Shown: positions 36,133 through 45,191 of the stretch, one piece after another
Layout: each line of letters starts with the position of its first letter
Position numbering within the stretch: the first letter of the stretch is position 1
NCBI GenBank assembly: GCA_023129115.1
Contig: JAGMCR010000003.1
Span: forward strand, 1-64,000
Length of the DNA stretch: 64,000 nucleotides
Reading direction: 5' to 3'
Source: Candidatus Iainarchaeum sp.
GTDB lineage: Archaea > B1Sed10-29 > WALL01
Translations under genes and position numbers: made by a program
The notes under the pieces: generated by a model
Seen by the model: the letters and a program-made list of their open reading frames with translations, nothing else
What the model was told of the DNA's origin: nothing
The model's database searches: none

Positions 36133-36705
36133 TTACTCTTTTTCTCTCAGCAAGCAGTCTTGAAAGTGACTTTCATCAAGTAATATAGTCTCATCACAGG
36201 CAGTCAGTATGTGGTTCGACATAGAAAATCGCGAACCCCGGATATAATCGCTAAAGTAGTAAAGAATAACTTTGATCCCTCTGGCAGTTCTTAGTCTATT
36301 CAAAATAGGAACGAAATCAGTATCACAAGCAAGGAGAATAATTGTTTTTGTGTGTTGGGGAATGTCCATAAGATCCATGACGAGCATTGTATCGACCCCT
36401 TTTTGGATGTAGTCATCACCCCCTTTTTGACATCGTCCTTCTCTCACACGAAAGTTGGGTATGCGTGTTACCTTATTAACGAATTTATCGTAGTTTGCCC
36501 TTCTAGTTATCTCATCTTCTGTTGGTGAAGGACTTTGGTAAGGTGGAGCAGTATAGTAGTATACGCCTGCACACCACAAATTCTGCTTTTTTGCTAAACT
36601 AATGGCAAGTTGGTTATAATCGATTTTTAGATATTTTCCTTTACCAAAATGTTTAGATATGTGGGATAGATACCCCGCGTCTATAAAAACTAAAGCATTC
36701 TCCAT
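36133..36705 (-). CDS. NYN (LabA/DUF88-type PIN) domain protein, predicted RNase
   Basis: VFIDAGYL, YYY, QKGVDT..VMD, LLACDTDFVP, L..ACD; AT-rich. Confidence 0.9.
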   Translation of the reverse strand: MENALVFIDAGYLSHISKHFGKGKYLKIDYNQLAISLAKKQNLWCAGVYYYTAPPYQSPSPTEDEITRRANYDKFVNKVTRIPNFRVREGRCQKGGDDYIQKGVDTMLVMDLMDIPQHTKTIILLACDTDFVPILNRLRTARGIKVILYYFSDYIRGSRFSMSNHILTACDETILLDESHFQDCLLREKE

Positions 36706-36881
36706 GGAGTAACTCCGGAGAGACATCCAGCATCCCCGTAGGAATGCTGGGGATCATGTTAATATTTGTTGGGGTATCGAAGGTTTATAAAGATTCCTAC
36801 TGACCCCCTTTAAACTACTATTCACTTGAACATCTTCCTTATCGCCTGTATAGCCTCAGTCTTCGAGTATGTATCCCCATG

Positions 36882-37442
36882 TTAAAGCACTACCGGCGGC
36901 CCATGGCCAGGCAAAAGAATGGAGTAGCCGAGGCCGCGGAGCAATGCGAGGGATTTTTCCATTGCGTTTTCGTCGCCGCCGGGAAGGTCGGTTCTTCCGA
37001 AGCCGTCGGCGAACAGGGTGTCGCCGCTGATTAGTATGTTGCCTTTATGGAGGCAGATGGAGCCGGCGGTGTGGCCCGGCGTGTGGATGACAGCCCAGCC
37101 GTGGAATTCTTTGCCGAGCGGCTGGGGGGTTGAGCCAGAGAGTTTTTCTCCGAACATTCCTGAAGCAGTATACTCGGGATCGGCCTTGGCCAGGTAGGGC
37201 AGGTCTGCTCCGTGGATGTATACAGGACAAGAAAAATACTTGTTGCCGCCGACGTGGTCGAAGTGGCAGTGCGTGTTCACGATTGCGTCGATGGGGTGGC
37301 CCGCGAGCTCTTTCTTCAAGTAGTCGATGTTTTCCCCGGTGCCGGTGTCCACGAGGAAAGTGACGTCAGAGACAACGAGGATTGAGTTCGAGTCGTAGCC
37401 GCGGCCGGGGACGAAGTAGACCGAGTCAGTGATTTTGTCCAT
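36882..37442 (-). CDS. glyoxalase II-like MBL-fold hydrolase
   Basis: LVDTG, THCHFDHVGG, HTPGHT, SGDTLF, PGHG. Confidence 0.93.
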   Translation of the reverse strand: MDKITDSVYFVPGRGYDSNSILVVSDVTFLVDTGTGENIDYLKKELAGHPIDAIVNTHCHFDHVGGNKYFSCPVYIHGADLPYLAKADPEYTASGMFGEKLSGSTPQPLGKEFHGWAVIHTPGHTAGSICLHKGNILISGDTLFADGFGRTDLPGGDENAMEKSLALLRGLGYSILLPGHGPPVVL

Positions 37443-37483
37443 TGGAGGGATTTGGGGGCGTGATGGTTAATAAATGGCGTCTC

Positions 37484-37514
37484 GGGGGGCAGCGCTAATT
37501 GGGCGCTGCCCCCC
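37484..37514. repeat. inverted repeat GGGGGGCAGCGC-TAATTGG-GCGCTGCCCCCC
   Basis: 12-bp arms around an AATT core, between divergent genes. Confidence 0.75.
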
Positions 37515-37606
37515 AATTTTTGGGGGTTCATGATGATTTTTGTGGTTTCATCCTCGGCAAGCCGTATGCCTCTCTTTATAAATGCTGTGGCGGCGTTGCC
37601 ATACGC

Positions 37607-38851
37607 ATGGTCAACGAAGTGCTCGAGAACAGGGACCTGATTGTCGAGAAGCTGGTCGAGGCAGGAATGTCCAGCGATGATGTAGAGGCGGCAATCAAGG
37701 AAAAGCAGGACGAATACGGCGGCCTGCTCACCGAGGCAGGGGCGGCATACTCAATCGCCAAGGAAAAGGGCGTGGACGTTGGTTTGGACCCCGAGCCGGT
37801 CATGGCCAAAATCAACGAGGTCAGGCCTGGTGTCGAGGGCGTGGACGTCGAGGGCGACGTAACGCAGGTCTTCCCGGTCAAGGAATGGGAAAAGGACGGC
37901 AAGTCCGGCCGCGTCGGGAGCTTCATAGTCAAGGACGGCACCGGCGAAATCCGGGTCACGCTGTGGAACAATGCCTGTGACTTGATAGAGAACGGCGAAG
38001 TCCAGCGCGGCGCAAAAGTCAAGGTAATCAACGCGTCCGCCCGCGAGCGCAACGGCATGGCCGAATTAAGCATGGGGTACAGCAGCGAAGTCAAAGTCGT
38101 CGAGAAGGGCGTGCCGCAGCTGACAAAGCTAAGTGATGTTGCGGAGGGGATGAACGACGTAAACTTCGCCGCGAGAATCGAAAGGATTTTCCCGCTCACC
38201 GAGTTCGAGCGGCAGGGAAAACAGGGGAAAGTTCTTTCGATGATTGTGTCTGACGGCACGGAGAGGCGGCTCGCGCTCTGGGACGACAACGCGCGCTGGG
38301 ACGGAAAGGTGAGGGAAGGCGACACAATCCTGGTCGAGGGCGCTTACGTAAGGGTCAACCGCGGGAAGCCGGAACTGAACCTGGGGTGGAGGGGGAGATT
38401 AATCCAGAACCCCGAGGGAATAGCTCTTGCAGGCATTGGAAGGGCAGAGGTGTCACGGCTTGGCGCCGGAGAAAAAAAAGAGATTCGTGCGACAGTCGTG
38501 AAGGTCTACCCGCCCACGGTCTACCAAGTGTGCGAGAAGTGCGGCAAGAAGCACGACGGCGAGTGCTGTGGCCCGGCGAAGCCTGCGATTGTTGTTAATG
38601 CAGAATTGGACGACGGCACGGGCGTGGTGCGGGGCGTGTTCTTCCGCGACCAGGCCGAGAAATTGCTGGGCACCACTGCAGAGGAGTGCGCGAAGGGCGG
38701 CGAGCCCGGTGAGGCGAAAGCGCTGGGCACGGAAATGGTCTTCAGCGGCACGCCGCGGCACAACGAGGCGTTCGGCCGCGACGAGTTCATAGTGCGCGAG
38801 TTCCACGAAGTGAATGTTGAACAGGAAATAGAAATGCTCAAAGGTGAATGA
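37607..38851 (+). CDS. rpa: replication protein A (multi-OB ssDNA-binding protein with Zn finger)
   Basis: Repeated OB motifs (KDGTGEIRVTLW, SDGT..LALW, DDGTG), CEKC...C. Confidence 0.88.
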   Translation: MVNEVLENRDLIVEKLVEAGMSSDDVEAAIKEKQDEYGGLLTEAGAAYSIAKEKGVDVGLDPEPVMAKINEVRPGVEGVDVEGDVTQVFPVKEWEKDGKSGRVGSFIVKDGTGEIRVTLWNNACDLIENGEVQRGAKVKVINASARERNGMAELSMGYSSEVKVVEKGVPQLTKLSDVAEGMNDVNFAARIERIFPLTEFERQGKQGKVLSMIVSDGTERRLALWDDNARWDGKVREGDTILVEGAYVRVNRGKPELNLGWRGRLIQNPEGIALAGIGRAEVSRLGAGEKKEIRATVVKVYPPTVYQVCEKCGKKHDGECCGPAKPAIVVNAELDDGTGVVRGVFFRDQAEKLLGTTAEECAKGGEPGEAKALGTEMVFSGTPRHNEAFGRDEFIVREFHEVNVEQEIEMLKGE

Positions 38852-38854
38852 AAA

Positions 38855-39802
38855 ATGACTGAAAAAGCGAATGACATTGAAGCGCTGCCCGGCGTTGGCT
38901 CGGCCACGGCAGAGAAGCTCCGCGAAGCGGGCTACAGGGGCGTCGAAAGCATTGCGGTCGCCGCGGTCGGGGAATTGATGGACGCGACTGGAATGGGCGA
39001 AAGCATCTGCAAAAAGCTGATCAAGTACGCCGGCGACTCGTGCGAAATGGGTTTCGAGACCGCGAACCAGTTGATGGAGAAGCGCGCGAGCGTCGGAAGA
39101 ATCACGACAGGGTCCAAGGCGCTGGACGAGCTGCTGGGCGGCGGGATTGAGACTAGGTCAATCAGCGAATTTTATGGGAGGTTCGGGAGCGCAAAGACCC
39201 AGGTTGCGCTGCAGGTGTGCATCAACGCGCAATTGCCCGTGGAGCAGGGCGGGCTCGGCGGCGGCGCGCTCTACATCGACACTGAGGGCGCGTTCAGGCC
39301 AGAGCGCGTCAGGCAAATGGCCGAGGCCGCGGGACTGGACCAGACTGAAGCGCTGGAAAAGATTTTCATCGCGCGCGCGTTCAACTCGGACCACCAGATG
39401 CTGCTCGCGGAAAAGGCATCGGACATGATAGAGGAAAACGACATCAAGCTCGTTGTGGTCGACTCACTGACGAGCGCGTTCCGCGCGGAGTACGTCGGCA
39501 GGGGCACGCTGGCCGGCCGGCAGCAGAAATTGAACCGGCACCTGCACGCCCTGCAGAGGCTGGCGGACCTCAATAATCTGGCGATTATCGTTACGAACCA
39601 GGTCATGGCGAACCCCGGGCTCTTGTTCGGCGACCCGACCACGCCAATCGGCGGGCACATCGTTGGGCACCAGAGCACTTACCGCGTCTACCTGCGGAAC
39701 AGCCAGGGCGAGAAGAGGATTGCGCGGCTCGTTGATTCTCCTTGTCTGGCTGACGGCGAAGTTGTCTTTAAAGTTACTGGGAAAGGCATTGAAGACGCAT
39801 GA
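38855..39802 (+). CDS. radA: DNA recombinase RadA
   Basis: N-terminal Hh[47 protein letters not shown]. Confidence 0.97.
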   Translation: MTEKANDIEALPGVGSATAEKLREAGYRGVESIAVAAVGELMDATGMGESICKKLIKYAGDSCEMGFETANQLMEKRASVGRITTGSKALDELLGGGIETRSISEFYGRFGSAKTQVALQVCINAQLPVEQGGLGGGALYIDTEGAFRPERVRQMAEAAGLDQTEALEKIFIARAFNSDHQMLLAEKASDMIEENDIKLVVVDSLTSAFRAEYVGRGTLAGRQQKLNRHLHALQRLADLNNLAIIVTNQVMANPGLLFGDPTTPIGGHIVGHQSTYRVYLRNSQGEKRIARLVDSPCLADGEVVFKVTGKGIEDA

Positions 39803-40473
39803 CGGCTTCCATAAAGGAGTTGGCCCCCAATGACCGCCCCAGGGAGCGGCTGGAAGCAGAGGGGGCCGCCGCCCTAAGCAATTCCGAGTTAGTGGCGATT
39901 ATACTGAATTCTGGCACCCGAAACGAAAACGCGATTGCTGTCGCCCAGGAACTGCTCGGCAAAGAAAAACTCGCGAGACTCCCGGGATTAGGTGTGAGGA
40001 AGCTGTGCGAATCCAAAGGAATTGGCAAAGCAAAGGCGTGCAGGCTAATCGCTGCAGTCGAGCTTGGGAAAAGGGCTCTTTCAGCGCCGGCCGAGGGAGC
40101 AGTCATAAAAAGCGCGGCTGACGCTGTGGGAGTGGCACTGCCTTCACTCGCGAACCGGAAAAAAGAAGTGTTCGTCGGCCTCTACATCGGCACAAAAAAC
40201 CGGCTCCTGAAAAAAGAGGTTATATCGATTGGGAGCGTTGACAAAACTGTTGTCCACGCCCGCGAAGTCTTCAAGCCCGCCATAGAAGAGTCTGCGTCAG
40301 GCGTTGTCTTGCTGCACAACCACCCGTCCGGTGACCCTTCCCCCAGTGAAGAAGACATAGAACTGACAAAAGAGTTAGGGGCGGCAGGAGAACTGATTGG
40401 GATAGAACTTCTTGACCACATAATAGTCGGCAAAAACAGTTACGCAAGCACGCGCGAGTCGGGAATTATTTAG
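39799..40473 (+). CDS. radC: RadC-family protein (HhH plus JAB/MPN)
   Basis: [55 protein letters not shown]. Confidence 0.95.
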   Translation: MTASIKELAPNDRPRERLEAEGAAALSNSELVAIILNSGTRNENAIAVAQELLGKEKLARLPGLGVRKLCESKGIGKAKACRLIAAVELGKRALSAPAEGAVIKSAADAVGVALPSLANRKKEVFVGLYIGTKNRLLKKEVISIGSVDKTVVHAREVFKPAIEESASGVVLLHNHPSGDPSPSEEDIELTKELGAAGELIGIELLDHIIVGKNSYASTRESGII

Positions 40474-40744
40474 AAAGGCGGCCCTCCCACTCGAGGACCT
40501 CTCTCACGAACTTGTTTCCCTTGGGAGTGAGGGAATAAACCGCGAAAACATCGCCATCTTTTTTCCTTGGCTCTTTAACAACAAGACGATAATCCACTGC
40601 TTTTTTCAGGTTTTCAGACACTGTTTTGTCACTTTTTTCAGTAGTCCTCTTTAATTCGGAATAGCGCTTGCTTCCCTTCTTCAGTGTCACCAGTATCTCA
40701 AAAAATGCTCCAGCAGATGCTTCAGAAACAGCAGTTTTTGTCAT
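40466..40744 (-). CDS. HxlR-like winged-helix regulator
   Basis: KRYSELK..SDKTVSENLK..LV..YSLTPKG. Confidence 0.8.
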   Translation of the reverse strand: MTKTAVSEASAGAFFEILVTLKKGSKRYSELKRTTEKSDKTVSENLKKAVDYRLVVKEPRKKDGDVFAVYSLTPKGNKFVREVLEWEGRLSK

Positions 40745-40801
40745 TGCTAAGCATAGACTGGTTTCGTTAAAATACCATTATCTTTATATATTATAGAGTG
40801 G

Positions 40802-40820
40802 ACTTTACCACTAGTAAAGT
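40802..40820. promoter_or_regulatory. palindromic operator ACTTTAC-N5-GTAAAGT next to a TATA
   Basis: Perfect 7-bp arms between divergent genes; TTTATATA at ~40783. Confidence 0.6.
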
Positions 40821-40835
40821 AAGAGTGGTGGGCGC

Positions 40836-40988
40836 ATGACCCAAAAGAGCATACGGGACTACGAGAAGAAGCTGATGAAGGAATGCATAGAAGACGCCGA
40901 AAAAGTAATTGGGCCCAAATCCCCGGCAGCAGTTGCGTATATTGCAACTTCTTTTTTCAGGCTGCGCAGAAAATCCAATAACTTTTAA
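40836..40988 (+). CDS. 50-aa protein below the ORF-track cutoff
   Basis: MTQKSIRDYEKKLMKECIEDAEKVIGPKSPAAVAYIATSFFRLRRKSNNF; GGTGG SD-like element; divergent from the HxlR-like gene. Confidence 0.5.
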   Translation: MTQKSIRDYEKKLMKECIEDAEKVIGPKSPAAVAYIATSFFRLRRKSNNF

Positions 40989-41024
40989 TACTGGGTCTTC
41001 GTCTTGAGTGCGGGGTGTAAACCA

Positions 41025-41579
41025 ATGTGGATTATATTAGGGGCAATACTGCTTGTGCTGGTCGTGGCGGCGATAGCGCTCGTCATGATGTACAACTCGT
41101 TCATCTCGCTCAAGACCCAGATGGAGAACTCGCTGGCGCAGATTGACGTGCAGACCAAGAGGCGGTTCGACCTCGTGCCGAACCTGGTCGAGACCGTTAA
41201 GGGCTACGCCAAGCACGAGAAAAGCACGCTCACTGAAGTGACCAAGGCTCGCGCGGCAATCAGCAAGGCCGGCTCTCCCGGCGAAAAGATGGCTGCGGAG
41301 AACCTGCTGTCCGGCGCGCTCAAGACACTGTTCGCGGTCAGCGAGAACTACCCCAAGCTCCTGGCCAACCAAAACTTTTTGATGCTCCAGGAAGAGCTTG
41401 CCGGGATTGAGGGCAAGATTGCGTACGCGAGGCAGTTCTACAACGACGCGATAATGCGGTGGAACAAGAAAGTGCAGTCGTTCCCAAGCAACGTAATCGC
41501 CGGCGTGTTCGGCTTCAAGGCGCAAGAGCATCTTGAGGCAACTGCCGCGGAGCGCAAGGCAGTCAAAGTGAAGTTCTGA
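41025..41579 (+). CDS. lemA: LemA family protein
   Basis: N-terminal TM, IDVQTKRRFDLVPNLVETVKGYAKHE, ENYPKL.A, ARQFYND, FPSN. Confidence 0.95.
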   Translation: MWIILGAILLVLVVAAIALVMMYNSFISLKTQMENSLAQIDVQTKRRFDLVPNLVETVKGYAKHEKSTLTEVTKARAAISKAGSPGEKMAAENLLSGALKTLFAVSENYPKLLANQNFLMLQEELAGIEGKIAYARQFYNDAIMRWNKKVQSFPSNVIAGVFGFKAQEHLEATAAERKAVKVKF

Positions 41580-42493
41580 TGCCGCAGGAATACTACGACG
41601 CGATTGCTGCGAACCGGCGCAGCACGTTCTTCCTGTTCGGGGCCTTCCTAGTCCTGATAATTGTTGTTGGCTTCTTTTTCGGGATGTGGATTGGCTCCGA
41701 GCTGGCCGGCATGGTAATTACTTTCTTCCTCGCAGTGGTCTGGGGGCTGGTCAGCTGGTTCGCGGGGGACAAGATTGTGCTTGGGGTGAGCGGCGCGAGG
41801 AAAGTCGAGAAGCGTGAGTACCCGCACTTGTTCCACACGATTGAGGGCCTGGCAATCGCGGCCGGCGTGCCGACGCCCGAGGCGTACGTGATTGACGACG
41901 CCTCGCCGAACGCGTTCGCGACGGGGCGCGACCCGCAGCACGCCAAGATTGCCGTTACGACCGGGCTGCTGAAGATGATGAACCGGCAGGAGCTCGAGGG
42001 CGTTGTCGCGCACGAGATGAGCCACGTCAAGAACTATGACATCAGGACCATGATGGTTGCTGCGGTCTTGGTGGGGATTGTTGCGCTGATTGGGAACGTG
42101 TTTATCCGCATGATGTTCTACAGCGGGAAAAGCCGGGACCGGGAGGGCGGGAACGCGGCGCTGATGGCGATTGGGTTTTTGTTTATTCTCGCCTCGCCTG
42201 TGGTCGCGCAATTGATAAAGATGGCTATTTCGCGGAAAAGGGAGTTCATGGCGGACGCGAGCGCGGTGGAATTGACGCGGAACCCGGACGGCTTGAGGAT
42301 GGCGCTGAAGAAACTGGCTGCGGACCACACCCCGCTGAAGAGGGCGAACGGCGCCACTGCCCATTTGTACATCGAGGATCCGATGGACAAGGAGAAAAAG
42401 GGCTTCTTCAAGTCGCTTGGGGGAATGTTTTCGACGCACCCGCCGATAGGGGAGAGGATTAGCCGGCTGGCTGAGTACGGGATGATTGGGTAG
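41579..42493 (+). CDS. htpX: HtpX-family M48 zinc protease
   Basis: PNAFATGR, HEMSH, SRKREFMAD, FSTHPP. Confidence 0.95.
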   Translation: MPQEYYDAIAANRRSTFFLFGAFLVLIIVVGFFFGMWIGSELAGMVITFFLAVVWGLVSWFAGDKIVLGVSGARKVEKREYPHLFHTIEGLAIAAGVPTPEAYVIDDASPNAFATGRDPQHAKIAVTTGLLKMMNRQELEGVVAHEMSHVKNYDIRTMMVAAVLVGIVALIGNVFIRMMFYSGKSRDREGGNAALMAIGFLFILASPVVAQLIKMAISRKREFMADASAVELTRNPDGLRMALKKLAADHTPLKRANGATAHLYIEDPMDKEKKGFFKSLGGMFSTHPPIGERISRLAEYGMIG

Positions 42494-42997
42494 TTACTCA
42501 AGCCCCTTGTGCATCCCGGAGTACGCCTCGTCAACAGAGTTGTTCAGGCGGATGAACATTATTTGTGCGACGCGCGCGTTTTGCTTGAAGCGGAGGCCGT
42601 GCGGGTTCTGGACCACGAGGGAGAACTCGCTCTTGCCGTGGAAGCCCGCGTCCCAGAACCCGTGCACAGTGAACGCGCCCATTCGCAAAAGCGAGGAGCG
42701 CGTCTGGGCGAACGCAATTACGTCGTCCGGCAGGTTGACGTACTCGTTCGTCTTTACTTTGTAGATTCCCGGCTCGAGAAGCGCCCACATGTCCTCAAAG
42801 ACAACTGGCTCTGTCTCTGGAAAAACGCGCTCCTTGTTCGAGAAGTCCAAGCTGCCCGCGCCCTTGAACTTGAATAGCTCGTGGCCGGTGAGGTCAAAGC
42901 CGTTGGGCTGGAGCTGGTGCTTCAGGGAGATGTAGTCCTTCACAAGAGGGGGGTCGTTCTTTATCAATTTCTTCAGTTCGGAGTCATGTAGAATCAT
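42494..42997 (-). CDS. dut: trimeric dUTPase (dCTP deaminase family)
   Basis: QPNGFDL, RSSLLRMG, WDAGFHG, ARVAQ. Confidence 0.85.
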   Translation of the reverse strand: MILHDSELKKLIKNDPPLVKDYISLKHQLQPNGFDLTGHELFKFKGAGSLDFSNKERVFPETEPVVFEDMWALLEPGIYKVKTNEYVNLPDDVIAFAQTRSSLLRMGAFTVHGFWDAGFHGKSEFSLVVQNPHGLRFKQNARVAQIMFIRLNNSVDEAYSGMHKGLE

Positions 42998-43010
42998 GCT
43001 CTAACACCTC

Positions 43011-43100
43011 GAGCGAAGCGAGTATTTTTTCCCCAGGGTTTTTGCCTCCTGGCAAATCCCAAAGGATTGCCGGGGAAGAGCGAAGCGAAGGGAAAAAGGC
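43011..43100. repeat. ~90-bp structured intergenic element with two GAGCGAAGCGA motifs and nested inverted repeats
   Basis: GAGCGAAGCGA at 43011 and 43078; TTTGCC/GGCAAA, TTCCCC/GGGGAA and TTTTTCCC/GGGAAAAA pairings. Confidence 0.55.
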
Positions 43101-43101
43101 T

Positions 43102-43164
43102 GTTCTTCACCAGAGGTGGGTCACCCTCGATTAGTTTCTTTAGCTCTGCGTCGTGTAAGATCAT
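43102..43164 (-). pseudogene. stranded duplicate of the dut 5' end (MILHDAELKKLIEGDPPLVKN)
   Basis: 17/21 aa identical to the dut N-terminus, with many synonymous differences. Confidence 0.85.
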
Positions 43165-43407
43165 TCAATCACCTCGAGCACAGTCTTGTACTACGCGAAC
43201 ACCATCAAACTGCTTTGTTATCTTTGGCACCATGTGGAAAGGCCCGTTCAAGTCGATGCCCGCCCCACGCAATTTGTTAAGCCCTTCGCGGGTTAAGAGC
43301 TGTGGCAAACTCTTTAGCACGTCCTGCTTATTGTTTTTGTGGAAGAGCCTTAACCCCTCGCCAGTAAAGTGGCTTCTTTGCAGGTCAACTGTAATTTCTT
43401 CTGTCAT
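43165..43407 (-). CDS. 80-aa hypothetical protein
   Basis: ORF abutting both duplicated junctions; lower GC. Confidence 0.55.
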   Translation of the reverse strand: MTEEITVDLQRSHFTGEGLRLFHKNNKQDVLKSLPQLLTREGLNKLRGAGIDLNGPFHMVPKITKQFDGVRVVQDCARGD

Positions 43408-43484
43408 CTATGTTTTCAACTCCTTGATTGTCTTTCAACTGTAATTTCTTCTGTCATCTATGCCTTCAGCTCCTTGATTGTCTT
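43385..43484. repeat. 50-bp tandem duplication (3 mismatches) of the epimerase stop / next-gene start junction
   Basis: 43385-43434 versus 43435-43484, read directly. Confidence 0.9.
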
Positions 43485-44360
43485 GGCGAGGCCTTTCTCC
43501 AGCTTGTACTTGGGCTTGTAGCCGATGGACTGGGCTTTGGTTATGTCTACGACGCGGTTTCGGAGGAGGCGGTCGATGCTCGAGGGCAGCATGGTGACAT
43601 TGGACTCGCCGGGCGTCACCTTTGAGCGCGCGAGATAGGCGAGGGAAGCGGCTTTCGCAGCGATGGGGTTGACTTGGTCGGACGGGAAGCGCTTGTGCAT
43701 CAGCTTGCAGATGAGCTTGTAAGTGTCGCGGTACGACAGAACGTCCGGGCCCGCAAGGTTATAGATTTGGTTGCGGGCGTCGGGCTTGAGGCAGAGCAAA
43801 AGGAAGTCGATTACGTCGTCGATGTAGACCAAATGGAAAGAATTCTCGCCGCGGCCAATCATTGGGTAGTTGTTCTCCGCGGCCTTCAGGATTTGCCCCC
43901 AGAAGCGGTTCGGGCCGTAAATGATGGTAGAGCGGACGATTGTGTAGGGGATTTGGTGCTTGAGCCGGTAGTCCATTACAATGCGCTCGGCCTCTTCCTT
44001 GGACTTCTCGTACTTTGTTTTTGGGGCGTACGGGTCGTCCTCTCGCGCTGGGGAGCGGGTCTCGCCGAGCACGCCAATCGGGCCGAGGAGTATAAAGCGC
44101 TCCAAGTCCCTGCGCTTGCAGAGGTCGAGCAGGTTGCGCGTGCCCTCCACGTTCAGCTTCCAGAGTTGCCTGGACTCGTCCAGTTCGGCCGCCAGGTGGT
44201 ATACTACTTCGAAGCGCTTCGAGCGGATGCGGGAGAGGCCGTCCTCTGTCAACAGGTTTGCCTCGCTGCCGAAGCCTATTACGGTGTGGCCCTTCTTTTT
44301 GAGCGCTTGCACGAGGCGCTTCCCCACGAAGCCAGTCGCGCCCGTGACGAGGATTCGCAT
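43458..44360 (-). CDS. NAD-dependent epimerase/dehydratase (extended SDR)
   Basis: ILVTGATGFVG, HLAA, NVEGT, YEKSK, IYGP. Confidence 0.92.
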   Translation of the reverse strand: MRILVTGATGFVGKRLVQALKKKGHTVIGFGSEANLLTEDGLSRIRSKRFEVVYHLAAELDESRQLWKLNVEGTRNLLDLCKRRDLERFILLGPIGVLGETRSPAREDDPYAPKTKYEKSKEEAERIVMDYRLKHQIPYTIVRSTIIYGPNRFWGQILKAAENNYPMIGRGENSFHLVYIDDVIDFLLLCLKPDARNQIYNLAGPDVLSYRDTYKLICKLMHKRFPSDQVNPIAAKAASLAYLARSKVTPGESNVTMLPSSIDRLLRNRVVDITKAQSIGYKPKYKLEKGLAKTIKELKA

Positions 44361-44426
44361 GCGGGATAAATAACCCCCTCTATATATAAAAAAGTCCCCA
44401 CTTAAATGTCCACGGAGTTGAGGCAA

Positions 44427-45191
44427 ATGAAAATGGGGAAGGTAGAGAAGTACATCTACGACCACAAGAAGCGCGGTGAGCCGATGCTTTTTATACTCAT
44501 CGACCCCTGCGACCACCCCTCGCCAGAAGACGCTGCAAAGGCGGCAAAGGCAGCCGAGGACGGGGGCTCGCAGCTCATACTGGTCGGCGGCTCAATCGGC
44601 GCGCAGGGCTCGCTCATGGACGAGACCACCCGGCTGATTAAGGAGGCGGTCAGCGTGCCCGTCAACATATTCCCGGGAAACAACGCCTCGATAACCAGGC
44701 ACGCCGACTCAATCTACTTTTATTCGCTCCTGAACTCGAGGAATGCGTACTGGACCACCATGGCCCAGACCACAGGCGCCCCGGTGATAAAGCGGATGGG
44801 GATTGAGCCCCTCCCAACGGGCTATATAGTGGTCGCGCCGGGCGGCACAGTGGGCTGGGTCGCGGACGTCAACTTGGTGCCGCGCAACAGGCCGGGGATT
44901 GCGGCTGCGCTTGCCATGGCCGGGGAGTACATGGGCAACCGCTTGCTGCTCACGGACGCCGGGTCTGCCCCGGAAGAGGGGCACATGCCGCTTGAGATGA
45001 TAAAGGCTGTGAGGCAGGCCATCAGCATTCCGTACATTGTTGGCGGCGGGGTGAGCACGCCAGAGCAGGCCAAGAAAGTAGTCAAGGCGGGCGCCGACGC
45101 CATCCAGGTCGGCACCGCCATCGAAAACAACCAGAAGGTAAGGGACACGGCAAAGAAAATGCTCAGGGCGATGAAGGAAGGAAAGAAATGA
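44427..45191 (+). CDS. geranylgeranylglyceryl phosphate synthase
   Basis: LIDP, LVGGS, FPG, SLLNS, PTGYIVV, DAGSAP, IVGGGV, GADAIQVGT. Confidence 0.92.
   Translation: MKMGKVEKYIYDHKKRGEPMLFILIDPCDHPSPEDAAKAAKAAEDGGSQLILVGGSIGAQGSLMDETTRLIKEAVSVPVNIFPGNNASITRHADSIYFYSLLNSRNAYWTTMAQTTGAPVIKRMGIEPLPTGYIVVAPGGTVGWVADVNLVPRNRPGIAAALAMAGEYMGNRLLLTDAGSAPEEGHMPLEMIKAVRQAISIPYIVGGGVSTPEQAKKVVKAGADAIQVGTAIENNQKVRDTAKKMLRAMKEGKK

Noticed and set aside
36133-36705. LabA-like link between the NYN protein and the KaiC genes
   Set aside because: Only the fold is shared; the gene lies in a compositionally foreign islet far from the KaiC cluster
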